NCBI RefSeq assembly: GCF_035594765.1
Contig: NC_085846.1
Location: 12,759,190 to 12,823,189, forward strand
Direction: 5' to 3'
From: Anolis carolinensis
Taxonomy: Eukaryota
DNA: 64,000 nt
Part shown: piece by piece, positions 1 through 12,200 of the stretch
Layout: each line of letters begins with the position of its first letter
How positions within the stretch are numbered: the stretch's first letter is position 1
Notes under the pieces: model-generated
Databases searched by the model: none
The model's input: only the letters and a program-made list of their open reading frames with translations
What the model was told of the DNA's origin: nothing
Position numbers and translations under genes: made by a program

Positions 1-600
1 CGGGAAGGCAGCACAGCGCGAGAGCGAGCGAGAAAGAGAGAGGGAGCTGCAGGGAGAGGGAGGCCTCAGGCCCGGCCCGTCCGCCATCTTACCTGGGTGG
101 GAGGGGGGAGGAGGGAGGAGGGAGGGGAGGCGCCTCCTGCCCCGCCTCCTCCTGCCGCCGCCTCAGCCCCAGCGCCGCCGCCGCCTCGGCCGCAGAGAAT
201 CCGCCGCCATCCGTGGCCCCAAAGCCGCCCCCGCCCGGCCTCTCTCTCCTCGCGGGTCCCGACGGTGCTGCCCGAAACGCCGCCGGCTCCTCCCGCTCGG
301 CAGCCGCTCCTTCACCGGGCCTCGCAGAGCCAGACCCGACCCGCCGCGGCAAAATGGCGGCCGCCACCACCAAGCGCCAGGGCCAGCCCCCTCCTTCCCT
401 CCCTCCTCCCACCGCTCCCCCCGCCCGCCGCGGCCCAGCAAGCCTCGCGAGAGCCCCGGCAGCGCGAGAGTGGGACTGAGGGGGAAAAAAAACACATCCT
501 CGACGGAAGATGGCGCCGCTCGCCTGAGGTCACGCTGAGAGGCTTAGGCGGAAAGAAGGGCAGGATGGCGCGACTATTCGAAAGTACTGTACATTGATTA
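1..600 (-). promoter_or_regulatory. SRCAP: CpG-island promoter and non-coding first exon of the next minus-strand gene, probably SRCAP
   Basis: GC/CpG-rich. Minus-strand donor CAG|GTAAGA with the exon ending at 93. Several YY1-type AAGATGGCG motifs. No coding sequence is visible, so identity rests only on the conserved order PRR14-FBRS-SRCAP. Confidence 0.6.
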
Positions 601-614
601 GAAGATATACACTA

Positions 615-916
615 CAGTAGAGTCTCACTTATCCAACATAAACGGGCCAGCAGAATGTTGGATAAGCGAATATGTTGGATAATAAGGAGGGATTAAGGAA
701 AAACCTATTAAACATCAAATTAGGTTATGATTTGACAATTTAAGCACCAAAACATCATGTTATGCAACAAATTTGACAGAAATGCTATGTAGTAATTACT
801 GTATTTACAAATTTAGCACCAAAATATCATGATGTATTGAAAACATTGACTACAAAAATGCATTGGATAATCCAGAATGTTGGATAAGCGAGGCTTGGAT
901 AAGTGAGACTCTACTG
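615..916. mobile_element. Tc1/mariner (Tigger/pogo-like) MITE, family A
   Basis: TIR CAGTAGAGTCTCACTTATCCAA at both ends and TA target duplication. Six copies in the window. Confidence 0.85.
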
Positions 917-1063
917 TATATGTTAATGAATGCGGAAACATTCTCTAACCTTGTCAATCAAGTTTCTGCACCCCTACAAACCACTTCAAAAATAACAAAG
1001 GTGGAAGAAATGGGTTGCTGCGAGTTTTCCTGGCTGTATGGCCATGTTCCAGAAGCATTCTCT

Positions 1064-1104
1064 CCTGACGTTTCGCCCGCATCTATGACAGGCATCCTCA
1101 GAGG
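1064..1104 (-). ncRNA. Minimal type I hammerhead ribozyme motif, Penelope-associated
   Basis: Minus strand reads CCU-CUGAGGA-U-GCCUGU(CAUAGAU)GCGGGC-GAAA-C-GUC-AGG. It has core boxes CUGANGA and GAAA, stem I CCU/AGG, stem II, a palindromic ACGU stem III and a GUC cleavage triplet. Confidence 0.7.
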
Positions 1105-1118
1105 TTGTGAGGTCTGTT

Positions 1119-1775
1119 TATTTATCGTGTCAGAAGCGAACCGAGGGTACAAGCTATAATGTATTTGAAAGCACAAAGTTAAAGAAAACTTGGCATTATA
1201 CTAAATGTCCTTTGACGAGTAGCTGGCCGCTTGAAGTGGCTCTGATGTCGCTGTAAGAAGGTCCTCCATTGTAAGAAGGTACTCCAGGGCTCAGACTGCA
1301 CTGTAGTAATGGCTCGTGGTTTGCTCTTCATCACACTCGCATGTCGTGGACTCCACTTTGTGGCCCCATTTCTTAAGGCTGGCTCTGCATCCCATGGTGC
1401 CAGAGTGCAGCCTGTTCAGCGCCTTCCAAATTGTCCAGTCTTCTGTGTGCCCAGCCACTGATTGAGATTTTGGGTTTAGCCTGCCACTTTTGGACTCTCA
1501 CTTACTGAGGTGTTCCTGAGAGAATCTCTGTAGATCTTAGAAAACTATTTCTTGATTTAAGGTGTTGGCATGCTGGCAGATACCCAAATGGGATGGGTCA
1601 GAGATGTCACTGCCTTGGTCCTTTCAATGCTAGCTGCCACTTCCCAGCCGATGTCAAGTGGTGCAACAGTATAATTTCTCCAGTGTTGTGGGGCGTAGAC
1701 ATCCTGTGATAATGTGGCATGTCTCATTAAGAGCCACATCCACTATTTTAACGTGGCGAGATGTATTCCACAGAT
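1119..1775 (-). mobile_element. Vingi-type LINE 3' fragment, degenerate
   Basis: Resembles the Vingi copy at 40789-41527, including the 3' tail TGACACGA+A-rich. Flanked by a TSD-like repeat tgaggtctgtt at 1108-1118 and 1790-1800. Confidence 0.65.
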
Positions 1776-2252
1776 CTGTTGAAAACTGTTGAGGTCTGTT
1801 GAAAACTAGGTAAGGGGTTTATATATCTGTCGAAAGTCGAGGGTGAGAGAAAGAACTTTTGTCTGCTTGAGACAACTGTTAATGTAGCAATTGGCCACCT
1901 TGATTAACATTTAATGGCCTTAATCATATAAGCATTTAATGGCCAGCTTGATTAACATTGATTAACAGTTTCAAGGACTGGCTGCTTACTGCCTGGGGGA
2001 ATCCTTTATTTATTTATATATTTACTACTTATAAAGGACAGTACTCAGAAAACAGGACAATTCCAGACAAGAAACAATTAGGGCCAGTTAACACCTCCCA
2101 ACAAAGCATTCCTCAGGCAGGAAGCAACCAGGCTTGGAAACTGCAAGGCTTTTCAATGCTAATCAAGCTGGCCAATTGCCACATTCACATTTCCTCAGGC
2201 AGACAAGAGTTCTTTCTCCCACTCTGAACATTCCACAGATGTTTATTCCAGA

Positions 2253-2436
2253 GCAGTGGTTCCCAACCTTTTTTTGACCAGGGCCTACTTTGACCAGGGA
2301 CCACTTTCCAATATTAGTACCAAAAGGGTTTGGTCAACTTTAGATTTGCTTTGGTTCAGAAAGGAGATGAAATAAAATAAATAAAATAAAGAGGAATGAG
2401 ATTCGCGGACTGTATTTTCATTCTCGTAGCCCACTG
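2253..2436. mobile_element. hAT-type MITE inserted in the Penelope repeat
   Basis: Starts CAGTGGTTCCCAACC and ends ...CCACTG; it splits the Penelope sequence. Confidence 0.5.
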
Positions 2437-2813
2437 CCTGCCATAGATGTGGACAAAACGTCAGGAGAGAATGCTTCTGGAACATGGCCATACAGCCCGG
2501 AAAACTCACAGCAACCCAGTGATTCCGGCCATGAAAGCCTTCGCCAACACTTCAAAAATAATAAAGATGGAAGGAGTGCTATATATTGCGTTTGTAAAGC
2601 GAAAAGTGATTTATTTCACTCAATTTACAACCTTAAATGTGTGGAATCAAATGCCAAGGTACACTTTTAAAAAAAACTATGTGGGAACTTCAAAGCACCA
2701 ACAAAAGTTTTTACATCTCAAATTTCCCCCAAACTGTCATGGAGATTCAAAAGCATGAATGTGATCTTCATGTCAGAAATTCCACCTATATCTGGAAGTG
2801 TTTTTTTATTCTG

Positions 2814-4437
2814 TATATTAGCTTGGGTACCCAGCATTGTCCAGGTTATTTGAAAAAGTCAATTTTTAATTGTACAAAATGCATAAGGTTGTGGATTAAC
2901 TACAACTGACATCATGCCAGGTTAACCCCCTATAACTCCATCAGTGCTTGAAGTTTGTTATGTTGAGCAAGTTTGCTGTGGATGCATCACCGGTGGGGTA
3001 CAGTGTGCTCTCTGAATGTAGGGTAAACTACAACTCCCACTATAGTGAGTCAGCCCCCACCCAACCCCTCCAGTAGGTTGAGTTAGCCATGGGGATTCTA
3101 CGTTCCAAGTTTGGTTCAGATCTATCATTGGAGGTCACAGTTTCCCTGGTTGTGAGTGAACTACAGTTCCCAGAAAGGAAGGCCAGTCCCCACAAACCCC
3201 TTCAGTAACCAAATTTCCGCATATCAAGTATGTGTGCCAAGTTTGTTCCAGATCCATCAGTGTTTGGGTTCACAGTGCTCTCTGGATGTACGTGAAATAC
3301 AACTCCCCCAAATCAAGGTAAATTTTCCCCAAAGACCTCCAGCATTTTTTGTTGGTCATGAGGGCTCTGTGTGCCAAGTTACTTCCAGGTCCATCGTTGG
3401 TGCAAGTGAACTATAAATCCCAGTACCTACAGCTCCAAAATGTCCTGGCCAATTACCCTCAAAAGCTATCAGTTTTCAAATTTGGACATGTTAGATATGT
3501 ATGCCAAGTTTGGTCCATCATTGTTTGGGTTCATAGTGCATTCTGGATGTAGGTGAACTACAACTCCTATAAATCCCTCCAAAGATCTCCAGTATGTTTT
3601 GTTGGTCATGGGGGTTCTGTGTGACTAGTTAGTTCCAGGTTCATCATTGGTGGAGTTCAGAGTGCTCATTGATTGCAAGTGAACTATAAATCCCAGTACC
3701 TACAGCTCCAAAATGTCCTGGCCAATTACCCTCAAAAGCTATCAGTTTTCAAATTTAGACATATTGGATATGCATGCCAAGTTTGGTCCAGATCCGTCAT
3801 TGTTTGGGTTCATAGTGCATTCTGGATGTAGGTGAACTACAACTCCTATAAATCCCTCCAAAGATCTCCAGTATGTTTTGTTGGTCATGGGGGTTCTGTG
3901 TTACTAGTTAGTTCCAGGTTCATCATTGGTGGAGTTCAGAGTGCTCTTAGATTGCAGGTGAACTATACATCCCAGTTCCCACAACTCCTATAAATCATGG
4001 TGAATTCTCCCCAAACCTCTCTAGTATCTTCAGTTGCTGATCAATTTCTCTGCTGTGTGCCATAGAAAAGAATAGGAAAGGGTTATGGGAGAGGCAGTGG
4101 GCTGGGGCTTGAAAATTCTACACCAATGGAGGCATTAAGAAACACTGGGATGTCTGTGGTGGAGGAAAAACAATCTAGGATGAAATTGTTTCCCCGTATG
4201 AAAGCCTTCACTTGGATGCTGGCCGTGGGCAGTATGGTGTTTGTGGAGAACATTGGCAGGCTCTTGTGCATGTTTACAGCGTTCTCTATAACCTGCAATG
4301 TAATTGGAGGGAGGGCTATTGATGTCTCCCTGACTAGTGGGAGCTATAGCTATTTGTGGAAGTGGGAGCTTGTCTGTGGAAGTGGACATCCCAGCCACAC
4401 ACATACGTATTTTTCACTTTTATTATGTGTATAGATA
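2814..4437 (+). mobile_element. Non-autonomous Helitron/Helentron-like element with an internal tandem repeat array
   Basis: Termini (tattagcttgggtaccc... and ...tttattatgtgtatagat) resemble those of 51810-52275. Internal units of about 279 bp (3601 vs 3880) are built from about 140-bp subunits. Confidence 0.55.
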
Positions 4438-5623
4438 AATATATATGAGCTTGCTAAGTAAGTATCTTGACTGTTCTGTACATTTTCAGTTCTTCCTCAT
4501 AATCTTTGGCTCGCGCAAGAAACCTTTATTTGCAGTTTCAAACCCTGTCCATGCACATTTTGAGTTTTAAAGCAGAAGACAGGACAACATGGGATATTTG
4601 AACTAAAGCGTGAGCAGTAGTTTCATTTTGTTTCATATCTTCCATGTTATTGTTTTATTTCCTACTGGGTTTCTAATATGGTTTCAAAGCCGAAATCCTA
4701 TAACTTGTAAAATCTATTAAAATCAATCATATTTCTTAGCAGGCAGTATAATAATTTTATTTCTTACCTGCCTCTCCCCATGGTATAAATTCCAGCCTTG
4801 TCATGCCCAGTTCAATCAATGGGCCTAAACCGAAGCATTAGTATCTTTGTTGTGATGTGTTTTCTAGAGAAAACAGTATTCAGAAAAGATTTACAATGTC
4901 ATTTCTCTGAGGCTGAGAGAGCATGACTTGCCCAGCACTATCCATTGGTTTCATGCCTAAACAAGAATTCAAATATATATCTGTGGCCCCCAATTTAGTC
5001 ATTAATACCTTATAATATTAATACCTTATAATATTTTGGAATTGCCTCCCAGAAGAGACCAGGATGCCCCATCCCTGCTGGCCTTCCACAAGCAGGTCAA
5101 GACCTTTTTATGTCAACAGGCATTTGGGAAAGGGGAAGGGGCGGGCTTTTGGGGGGGGGGTTGAGTGGGATTTGGGGAAAATAGGAGTTTTAAAGGCCAT
5201 TTTAGTGCATTTAGTGTATTTTGTTTTTACCACACTATTACTATTTTTTAACTTTTGTATTCATCCTTTAGACTTGTCTAGTGTGGAGTGTTAGTGGGGA
5301 GTCCCCACGGTGAGAAAGGTGGGGTATAAATAAAGATAATAAAGCATCTCCACTGAAGCTTTCTCACCACTCCTTGTTTCCACAAGCCGTATTTTTTTAA
5401 AAATCCAAGGGACAGGAAGAGACATGAAATCTTCTGAACAGGAGCACAGACAGAAAAACGAACTCCACAGAAGATTTTACCTTTCCCTATGCTGTCCAAA
5501 GCTGAAATATCTATACTTTTGAATGGAGTTATATTTAAAACAGGTACCTGTTCGGACGTACAAATTCAACTTAAAAACAAACCTACAGAACTTATCTTGT
5601 TCATAACTTGGGGACTTCATATA

Positions 5624-5966
5624 CAGTGTTCCCTCATTTATCGCTGGGGTTAGGTTCCAGGACCACCCGCAATAAGTGAAAATCCACGAAGTAAGGGCAC
5701 TATATTTATTTTAATATTTATACATTATTTTAGTAGTTATACACTATTTTAAGTCTTTATCAACCAATCGTGTGTTGATAAATCACCTCCTTCTCCTCCC
5801 GTTGCTGCTTGGGCTCCCTTTCTCTTCCTTTGGCTTCTCCTTCCTCCCTTCCTAAGGCTGTAAATTGTAATTTTTTATGATTTATAATAGTCTTCTAGGG
5901 TTTATTGAAAAACCGCAAAACAGCGAATCCGCAAAAAGTGAACCGCAAAGTAGTGAGGGAACACTG
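5624..5966. mobile_element. Tigger-like MITE
   Basis: TIRs CAGTGTTCCCTC/GAGGGAACACTG with TA on both sides. Confidence 0.8.
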
Positions 5967-7639
5967 TAGTTGGCTTCTTATTGTTTATATGCAGCTTTAC
6001 TACACACATGTATTCAGGTCAGTCTCTTACAACATTTAGAAAAGAGCAGCAGTTAAATCCAAGGGTTGCATAACCCAAATGATATATTCTTACAACAGGA
6101 CAGGTTGGCTCCTTACTTGCTTTGTCAATAGCAGCTATATATCTATGCAAATCTGATGTTTGCACAACAATAACAAGTTGTATTGCTGACCTTGCATATG
6201 TTCATGTCATAAAACTGTTGAATCATATTATTATACTAAGGCTTATAATTAATTTTGAACAAGGAACTACAGTATATCAAAACTGGCTCCTTGGCAGATT
6301 ATGAATATGCTGCTATGGTCTTATTAAATTACGTTAACAATTTAAGGAAGGTTAAGTGGAAAACATTGGACTTATGTATTGTTCTTCCCTGTCTGATGTC
6401 CTTCAGCTACATTTTACTTTAGTCCCCATTGTCCACATTTCTGCTTTTCTTCCACTATCAGCACATTTCACTGGCATCACAAGCACAAGTTTTACCTTAT
6501 TGTGTTTTGACATTTTCAATTTCTTTTTTTGTCATTTGTTTTTAGTGAACCCGTCACACCGTTTTCTTGGCAAGATTTGTTCTGAGAGGGTTTGCCACTG
6601 CTTTTCTCTGGGGCTGAGAAAGTGTTACTTGCCCAGCAACACCCAGTGGGTTTATGTAGCGAAGTTGGGATTCAAACTCTGTTCTCCTAATGTCAACATT
6701 CAAATCACCACATCTTTCTCTCTTTTTCGGGGGGGGGGGGGGTTACAAACAGTTCAAACAAACCCTCAGAGCATGATTTTTTTCATATAATGTTATATAG
6801 TAAGATTTTATGGACACCAGAAGAAAAAACCTATCAATATTTCATAGGAAAAATCTTTCTCTGAAAGAATCCAAATATATAGAATGCTTAAGACTGTATT
6901 AAGACAAGGCTAATAGAGAAAGCTGTTATCAAGGATATCTAAAAGCATTCCACCATGCAGTTGGCTGAATCATTAGAATAGGAACTCTCAGTATTTTTTG
7001 TTTTAATTGGTTGGAAATTAACACTAAGGCTATGGATGTTCAACACAAATTACCGAATGCAATGTTATTTTGGTATCAGGCACCACTGAAATAAGGGGAT
7101 AACTACAATTCTATATCCACTTGCTTTACAGCAAATCCACCCCTTGGAAAGTTCATTTTTAGACTAGAATTTCATTGTTAACTGGCAGGATTCTGGGATC
7201 TACCGTGCACTAAAGTAACTTCTAATTTGTCAGCGAACCTCATTGAATAAATTAATTTTTAAGAAGCTATGTGTGGAATTAGAATCTTTGGCTTTGCATT
7301 GTACAGATTATAAGATTCAAATATATTTGATGTGTATGTTTAGTATATAGAAAGCCTCTAGAAATGTATTGCTTTGATAGGTAAGGAAATTCCCTCCAGA
7401 GGTATTATCGTATTAGTTTGTTATAACAGTGTTGCGGCACTTTAAAAGATGAGCATTTATTATGTTATTATTATTATTAACTATGTTATAATAAAGGTAA
7501 GCTGCAACTATTTTGTTCTTGTGTGCTTTCAAGTCATTTCCACGTAAATCTATCATGGGATTTTCTTGTCAGGTTTTAGTAAATGTGCCTGAAACTGAGC
7601 ATTTGTATCTTTGTTGTGGTGTGCCTTCAATCATTTTCT

Positions 7640-7800
7640 ATAACAAGGTTTTCTTGGCAAAATTTGTTGAGAAGAGATTTACCATTGCTTTCCTCTGAGA
7701 TTGAGAAAGTGTGGCTTGCCCAAGGTCACTTCGTGAGTTTCCATGGCTGAGTAGGGACCTCAATCTGTGTATCCAGAGTCATAGTTCAACACTGAAACCA
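7640..7800 (-). mobile_element. CORE/MIR-like SINE with RTE-type tail (relatives near 4855-4970, 6550-6700, 34060-34180)
   Basis: CORE-like ctgagagagtgtgacttgcccaaggtcac joined to an RTE-like ttcttggcaa...tttgccattgc tail. Confidence 0.55.
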
Positions 7801-8412
7801 CTGTACAATAATAAATGCAGTCTATATTTCTTACATAGATTGCACACCAATATTACTGGTAGGCTTTGGGCAATCATCAATCCATTGTATGAATTTTCAA
7901 TGTTAAATCAATTATCTGCTGTAGTCGTGGAAAATTCCAAGTTTTCTTGCTGCAGAATATGAGTTATTGTAATTACTCAAAAATACTATGAGAAAACTAA
8001 TTATCTAATCAAACAATTTTTCCTTCTCTTCTGGGACTTTACTATCATACAAGAAACACGAATGACTGCAGATTCTGTATAGCATTTAACATTTCTTTTA
8101 TGACAAATAGTATGAGAGAGCTTCACTTGAACATATTCTTTCTAGTAATCCTGGACCACTCTAAAATGTGTGTGCGCCATTTATTTGGAGTTCAAATTTT
8201 GCCAATTTCTATTCTTATTTTAAAATAATTTTAAAAATGAATTGCATTTTTAAAGCTGGGAATTAAGTTTCCAACCATTCTATGGAAAACTTCAAATATT
8301 CATCATCTGACTATCTTGTGTGTGAAACCCATCCTTCCCTAACCTGACATCAAGTCGTCCAAAGACATACGCAGACACACAGAACAAGGAATCCAGAAGC
8401 ACCAGTTTGGGG

Positions 8413-8418
8413 TTTAAT
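8413..8418 (-). terminator. Candidate FBRS polyadenylation signal (ATTAAA)
   Basis: ATTAAA about 810 nt after the stop codon, followed on the minus strand by GT/T-rich sequence. Confidence 0.45.
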
Positions 8419-9225
8419 TAACCAACCTGGGGAAGAAAAGGGCACCAGGCAAGTGCGTTGCACCCTCCTTGTTGCACCTTTCCAATCAATTACAGGAGGA
8501 AAGGGAGCCAGAGGTGGGAAGGAGCAGATACAGGTATAGAAAAGAGCAGTACAGTAAAAACAAGGGGAACCGTGGAGAAAGGGAAAGGGCAGGAGAGGAG
8601 AGAGAAGTCACTTTTAAAATCACAATCTCAAACCTTTTATAAATGTACAAAAACCTTTTCCCCCCACCTGCCTGGGGCAGAATATATAAATATTTACACT
8701 GCCTTGTGGGGGGAGGCACCTCAAGATGCAGCCCTCCCTCTCCCCTGAAAGCAGCCTTCCCGTTTGTCCATAGAGGGAGAAGAGCACCCCCCAGACTCAG
8801 AATTTCAGTCCAGTAGGATATGAAATCCCCTGACAGAACACCCAAATCCACAGAGGCAGAAAGAGGGGGCTTTTGCAGAAATCAGGAACAAAGACTGAGG
8901 GTGCTTGAGATGTGGATTCCTGCTCCTGTTACCAGCAACAGCCCAAAGAGACCGCATCATCCTAAGCCTCAACCTGAGGCCAGAAAGAAGTACCCATTAG
9001 TCACAACTGTTGGGGGCTAAAGTCTTTCTGGGGTGGTAGTGGCAGCAGTGTCATGCCTCTACCTCAGCCTAAGGTGACAGGCAGCTATGTTTCTATTCCC
9101 ACTAATGTGAAGGGGAGCCTAGATATCTGACCGGGATTCACACTGACCCTGTCCGTAAGTCTGCCAGAATTAAAGGAAGCTGCTGAAAACAGGCACTCAT
9201 GTGCCAGGACCCCACTGCAGCCCCA

Positions 9226-12200
9226 TTATCTGGAGTCCCGGTCCTTGTATGCAGCTGCCAGTTCTCGGATGTCAGGGGCACGGCGAGGGGAACAGGGGCG
9301 AGCGTTAGAAGCCGGGATCAGAGGTGGGGGGGCACTCAGCAGAGCTGCAGCTGCGGCCGAGGGGGCAGCTTTGGCCAGAAGCCCATTTTGGTGGCGGGGA
9401 TAGGCCATGAGGCCAGGATGGGGGGGTGGCGCCAGGCCATATAGCCGGCCATAGTCCTCAGCAGCTGCAGCAGCAGGCGACGGCGCCTCCAGGTAAAGGG
9501 GCTGGCGCTGTAACGAGTGCAACTCCAGCCGCCGATGGTAGGGCTCACGCCAAGCTTCAAGTGCAGCATAGGAGGCAGCTGAAGGTGGGGCAGCCACCAG
9601 GTACGGTGAGACACTTCCACCAGTCCCGGCCTGGGGCCGCTCAAACACAGCCAGTGTTCCCAAGGGGTGGGAGACATGCAGGGTGCTGTGGTAGGGTGCC
9701 CCCGTGCGCAGTGCCCCCTCAAACCCGGTCAACTCTGGCTCTTCCTTGACCTTCACTTCCTTCTTCAGAGGCAACTCTGGATAAGGGGAGCGGGAGGCAT
9801 GCCCTGAACTTGCTGGGCTTCCATAGCGATGGTCACGTTCCACTGGTACGTGGGGCCGACCTGGAGGCTCCTCATGGGCCAGTGCTGAGTTCTTTGGGGT
9901 GGGTGTAGCAGGAGAAGCACGCAGGGGATGGCGGGAAAAGAGGACATCTCTGAAACAAACACACAATATATTCATAGAGCCAGTTCTTCAGAAATTAATC
10001 ACAATCATCTGTGTCTATTACGCTCAAACCAATTCTCTGCTGCCCTACTGTTGAGATTGGTCAATTCTTCTAGTCAAATCCTTGTTTCCGACCATGCTGT
10101 AACTTCTCAATTTCTTCTTCATCTTCCCTTAATTACCCTCTGAACCACCACCCCCATTTTGTTTGATCTCCAATATATCCAATGCATCTCTTTCCTTCTT
10201 CTTCTTACATCTAATCCCTTCATGCTCCAACCTAGTACTGAACTGACAGATTTAAGCCAGGGCTTGGAAAAATTACTTTTTTGGGACTACCTAGCCAGTG
10301 GCTATGCTTGTTGGAAATTTTGGTAGTTCATTTTTCCAAGCTCTGATAAAAACATGGACATTTTAATATCTTCAAGGATGGGTGAACTTTCTTCCACTCC
10401 AAAATCCTCAACCATCACCTCGATATCCTATCTGTCACTTGTGCCTCACCTGTCCTTTTCATCCTTGATCACTGGCCCATCAGGCTTTTCACCCTCCTTG
10501 TCATGCTGGGGGCCTCCGCGCTCGGTGCCATCTCCAGTGCCACTTTTGGGCCAAGCTGGGGCAGTGGGGAAGGAAGGGGGTGTACGGTGGAGGCGGTTCC
10601 AGGTGTCATGTGGATTAGGGAAGGGTGGTGCTCCAGGGCTGTCCTTTTGCCCAAAGACAGCGCTTGAATCTGAAAGGTAGAGCATAAAATTCAGATCCAG
10701 CACAGCACAAGCACTCCCTGCCAAACCCTTAGGCCTAACTGTGGTGTAAAACATCTGCAAGTCTGGGAGATACAGAAGCAACTACATTCTCACCAAGGAA
10801 TAAGGACCCTGGTGAATGTTACATCATTTGGAAAAGTTACATGGTAGAGTTTTCTCAACCTGTAGTATTTAAGGTATTAGCAATTCTGCTGAATGGCCAG
10901 GGTGAGTGGGAAGGGTAGGCTAGATCTCTCACAACAATAATGTATCACTGGCTGTGCTGGTATGGGTTGATGGAGACTACAATCCAGCTACACAGCACCC
11001 ACCCCTTGCTCTTTGACAAAGAAATGACAGTGGGAAATAGATGGGCTCCAGGATTTTTGAGTTTTATCCCCTTCTGGAAAGGTAGTGAAAGGAAGAAAGG
11101 AAGGAGGAAAACCCAATAATCCCAAATTTCTTTCTCCAGCACTTTATTAAAGGGCCTAGAAACCGGATCTCCCCAGGTTGCTCTTTCAGCTCTAGCATCT
11201 TAACTGCCCTAAGGATGATTTGGATCTGAATTGCCTGAACCAGTATGATCAATGGTCAAGGAGCCTGAGATTTGTAGGCAAAAACGCAATCACTACTGCC
11301 ACCGTTTAGAGCTTTTTCCACCTCTTTCCCCAAAAATACTCACTAAAGGATGGGCTTCCCAAGCCTCCAAAAGCACCATTGGAGAGTGCTCCCAGGGATG
11401 CAAAGCTGGGGGGCCTGCTGAATGGATCTGGAATAAAACAAGGAAGCATAGGAGTGATTCAACAGTGCCTTGCTCCTGTTCCATTTGCCCCATACTTCTA
11501 GTGCTCCAGCTCTTACCAATATGTGGGCCAGGGCTGAGGAAAGAGCCATGAGGAGTGCCGGGAGGACCAAATGATGCCCCACTGCCAGGATGGACAACAC
11601 CTGGAAGACAGACAGACAGATAGCAGGAATAAGGAGAGTTCATTGGCAAGGAATCTGCTTAGATCAAGGAGAAGAATGCAATTTCCTGCTTCTTGGCAGG
11701 GGGTTGGACTGGATGGCCCATGAGGTATTTTCCAACTCTAATGACTCTAAGAGGGAGTATCCCATTGCCAAGGGACACTGGGCCACCAAAGCAAAACTAC
11801 TTAAGGGATAAAAAAAGTCATCAATACAGCTCACAACCTGGTCTGGTATTTTAATTGGTTTCACTCTGAGTTTGAAAAGGTTTTTTAGACATTTAAACTT
11901 CAACTTAATCCTATGGAGGGGGGAATTAAGAGTTGTAGACTAAATCTTTTCCAAGCTCTGCCACTACACAATAAAAAGGAAGCAAACCAACACAAAAGCC
12001 CTAGAAAGTCTACTAATATCTTTTTTGAATAGGACACAAGAGTCTCGGGATGTAAAATGAAATGTTTTATTTCAGAAATAAGACCAATGTGTTTTGACCG
12101 AAAAAAACATATGGCCTACCAAGAAATATATATATGGCTTTCTGCAGAATCTGTTGGAAAACGTGTCAGTACGCATACATGAATAATTTTATGCATGGCA

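Larger units (their letters stand above)
1010..2550. mobile_element. Penelope-like element terminal repeats in inverted arrangement, with nested insertions
   Basis: Minus copy at 1010-1118 plus 1790-2000; plus copy at 2045-2240 plus 2436-2550. The block ctgaggatgcctgccatagatg...gaaacgtcaggagagaatgcttctggaacatggcc recurs at 50.6 kb and 53.5 kb. Confidence 0.7.

Noticed and set aside
89-597. Several overlapping ORFs of 70-170 aa in the left CpG island
   Set aside because: Low-complexity Pro/Gly/Arg/Ala products expected from GC-rich, stop-poor DNA; no recognisable domain.
3330-4000. CRISPR-like or other prokaryotic repeat array
   Set aside because: Long contiguous units without unique spacers, in clearly vertebrate DNA.
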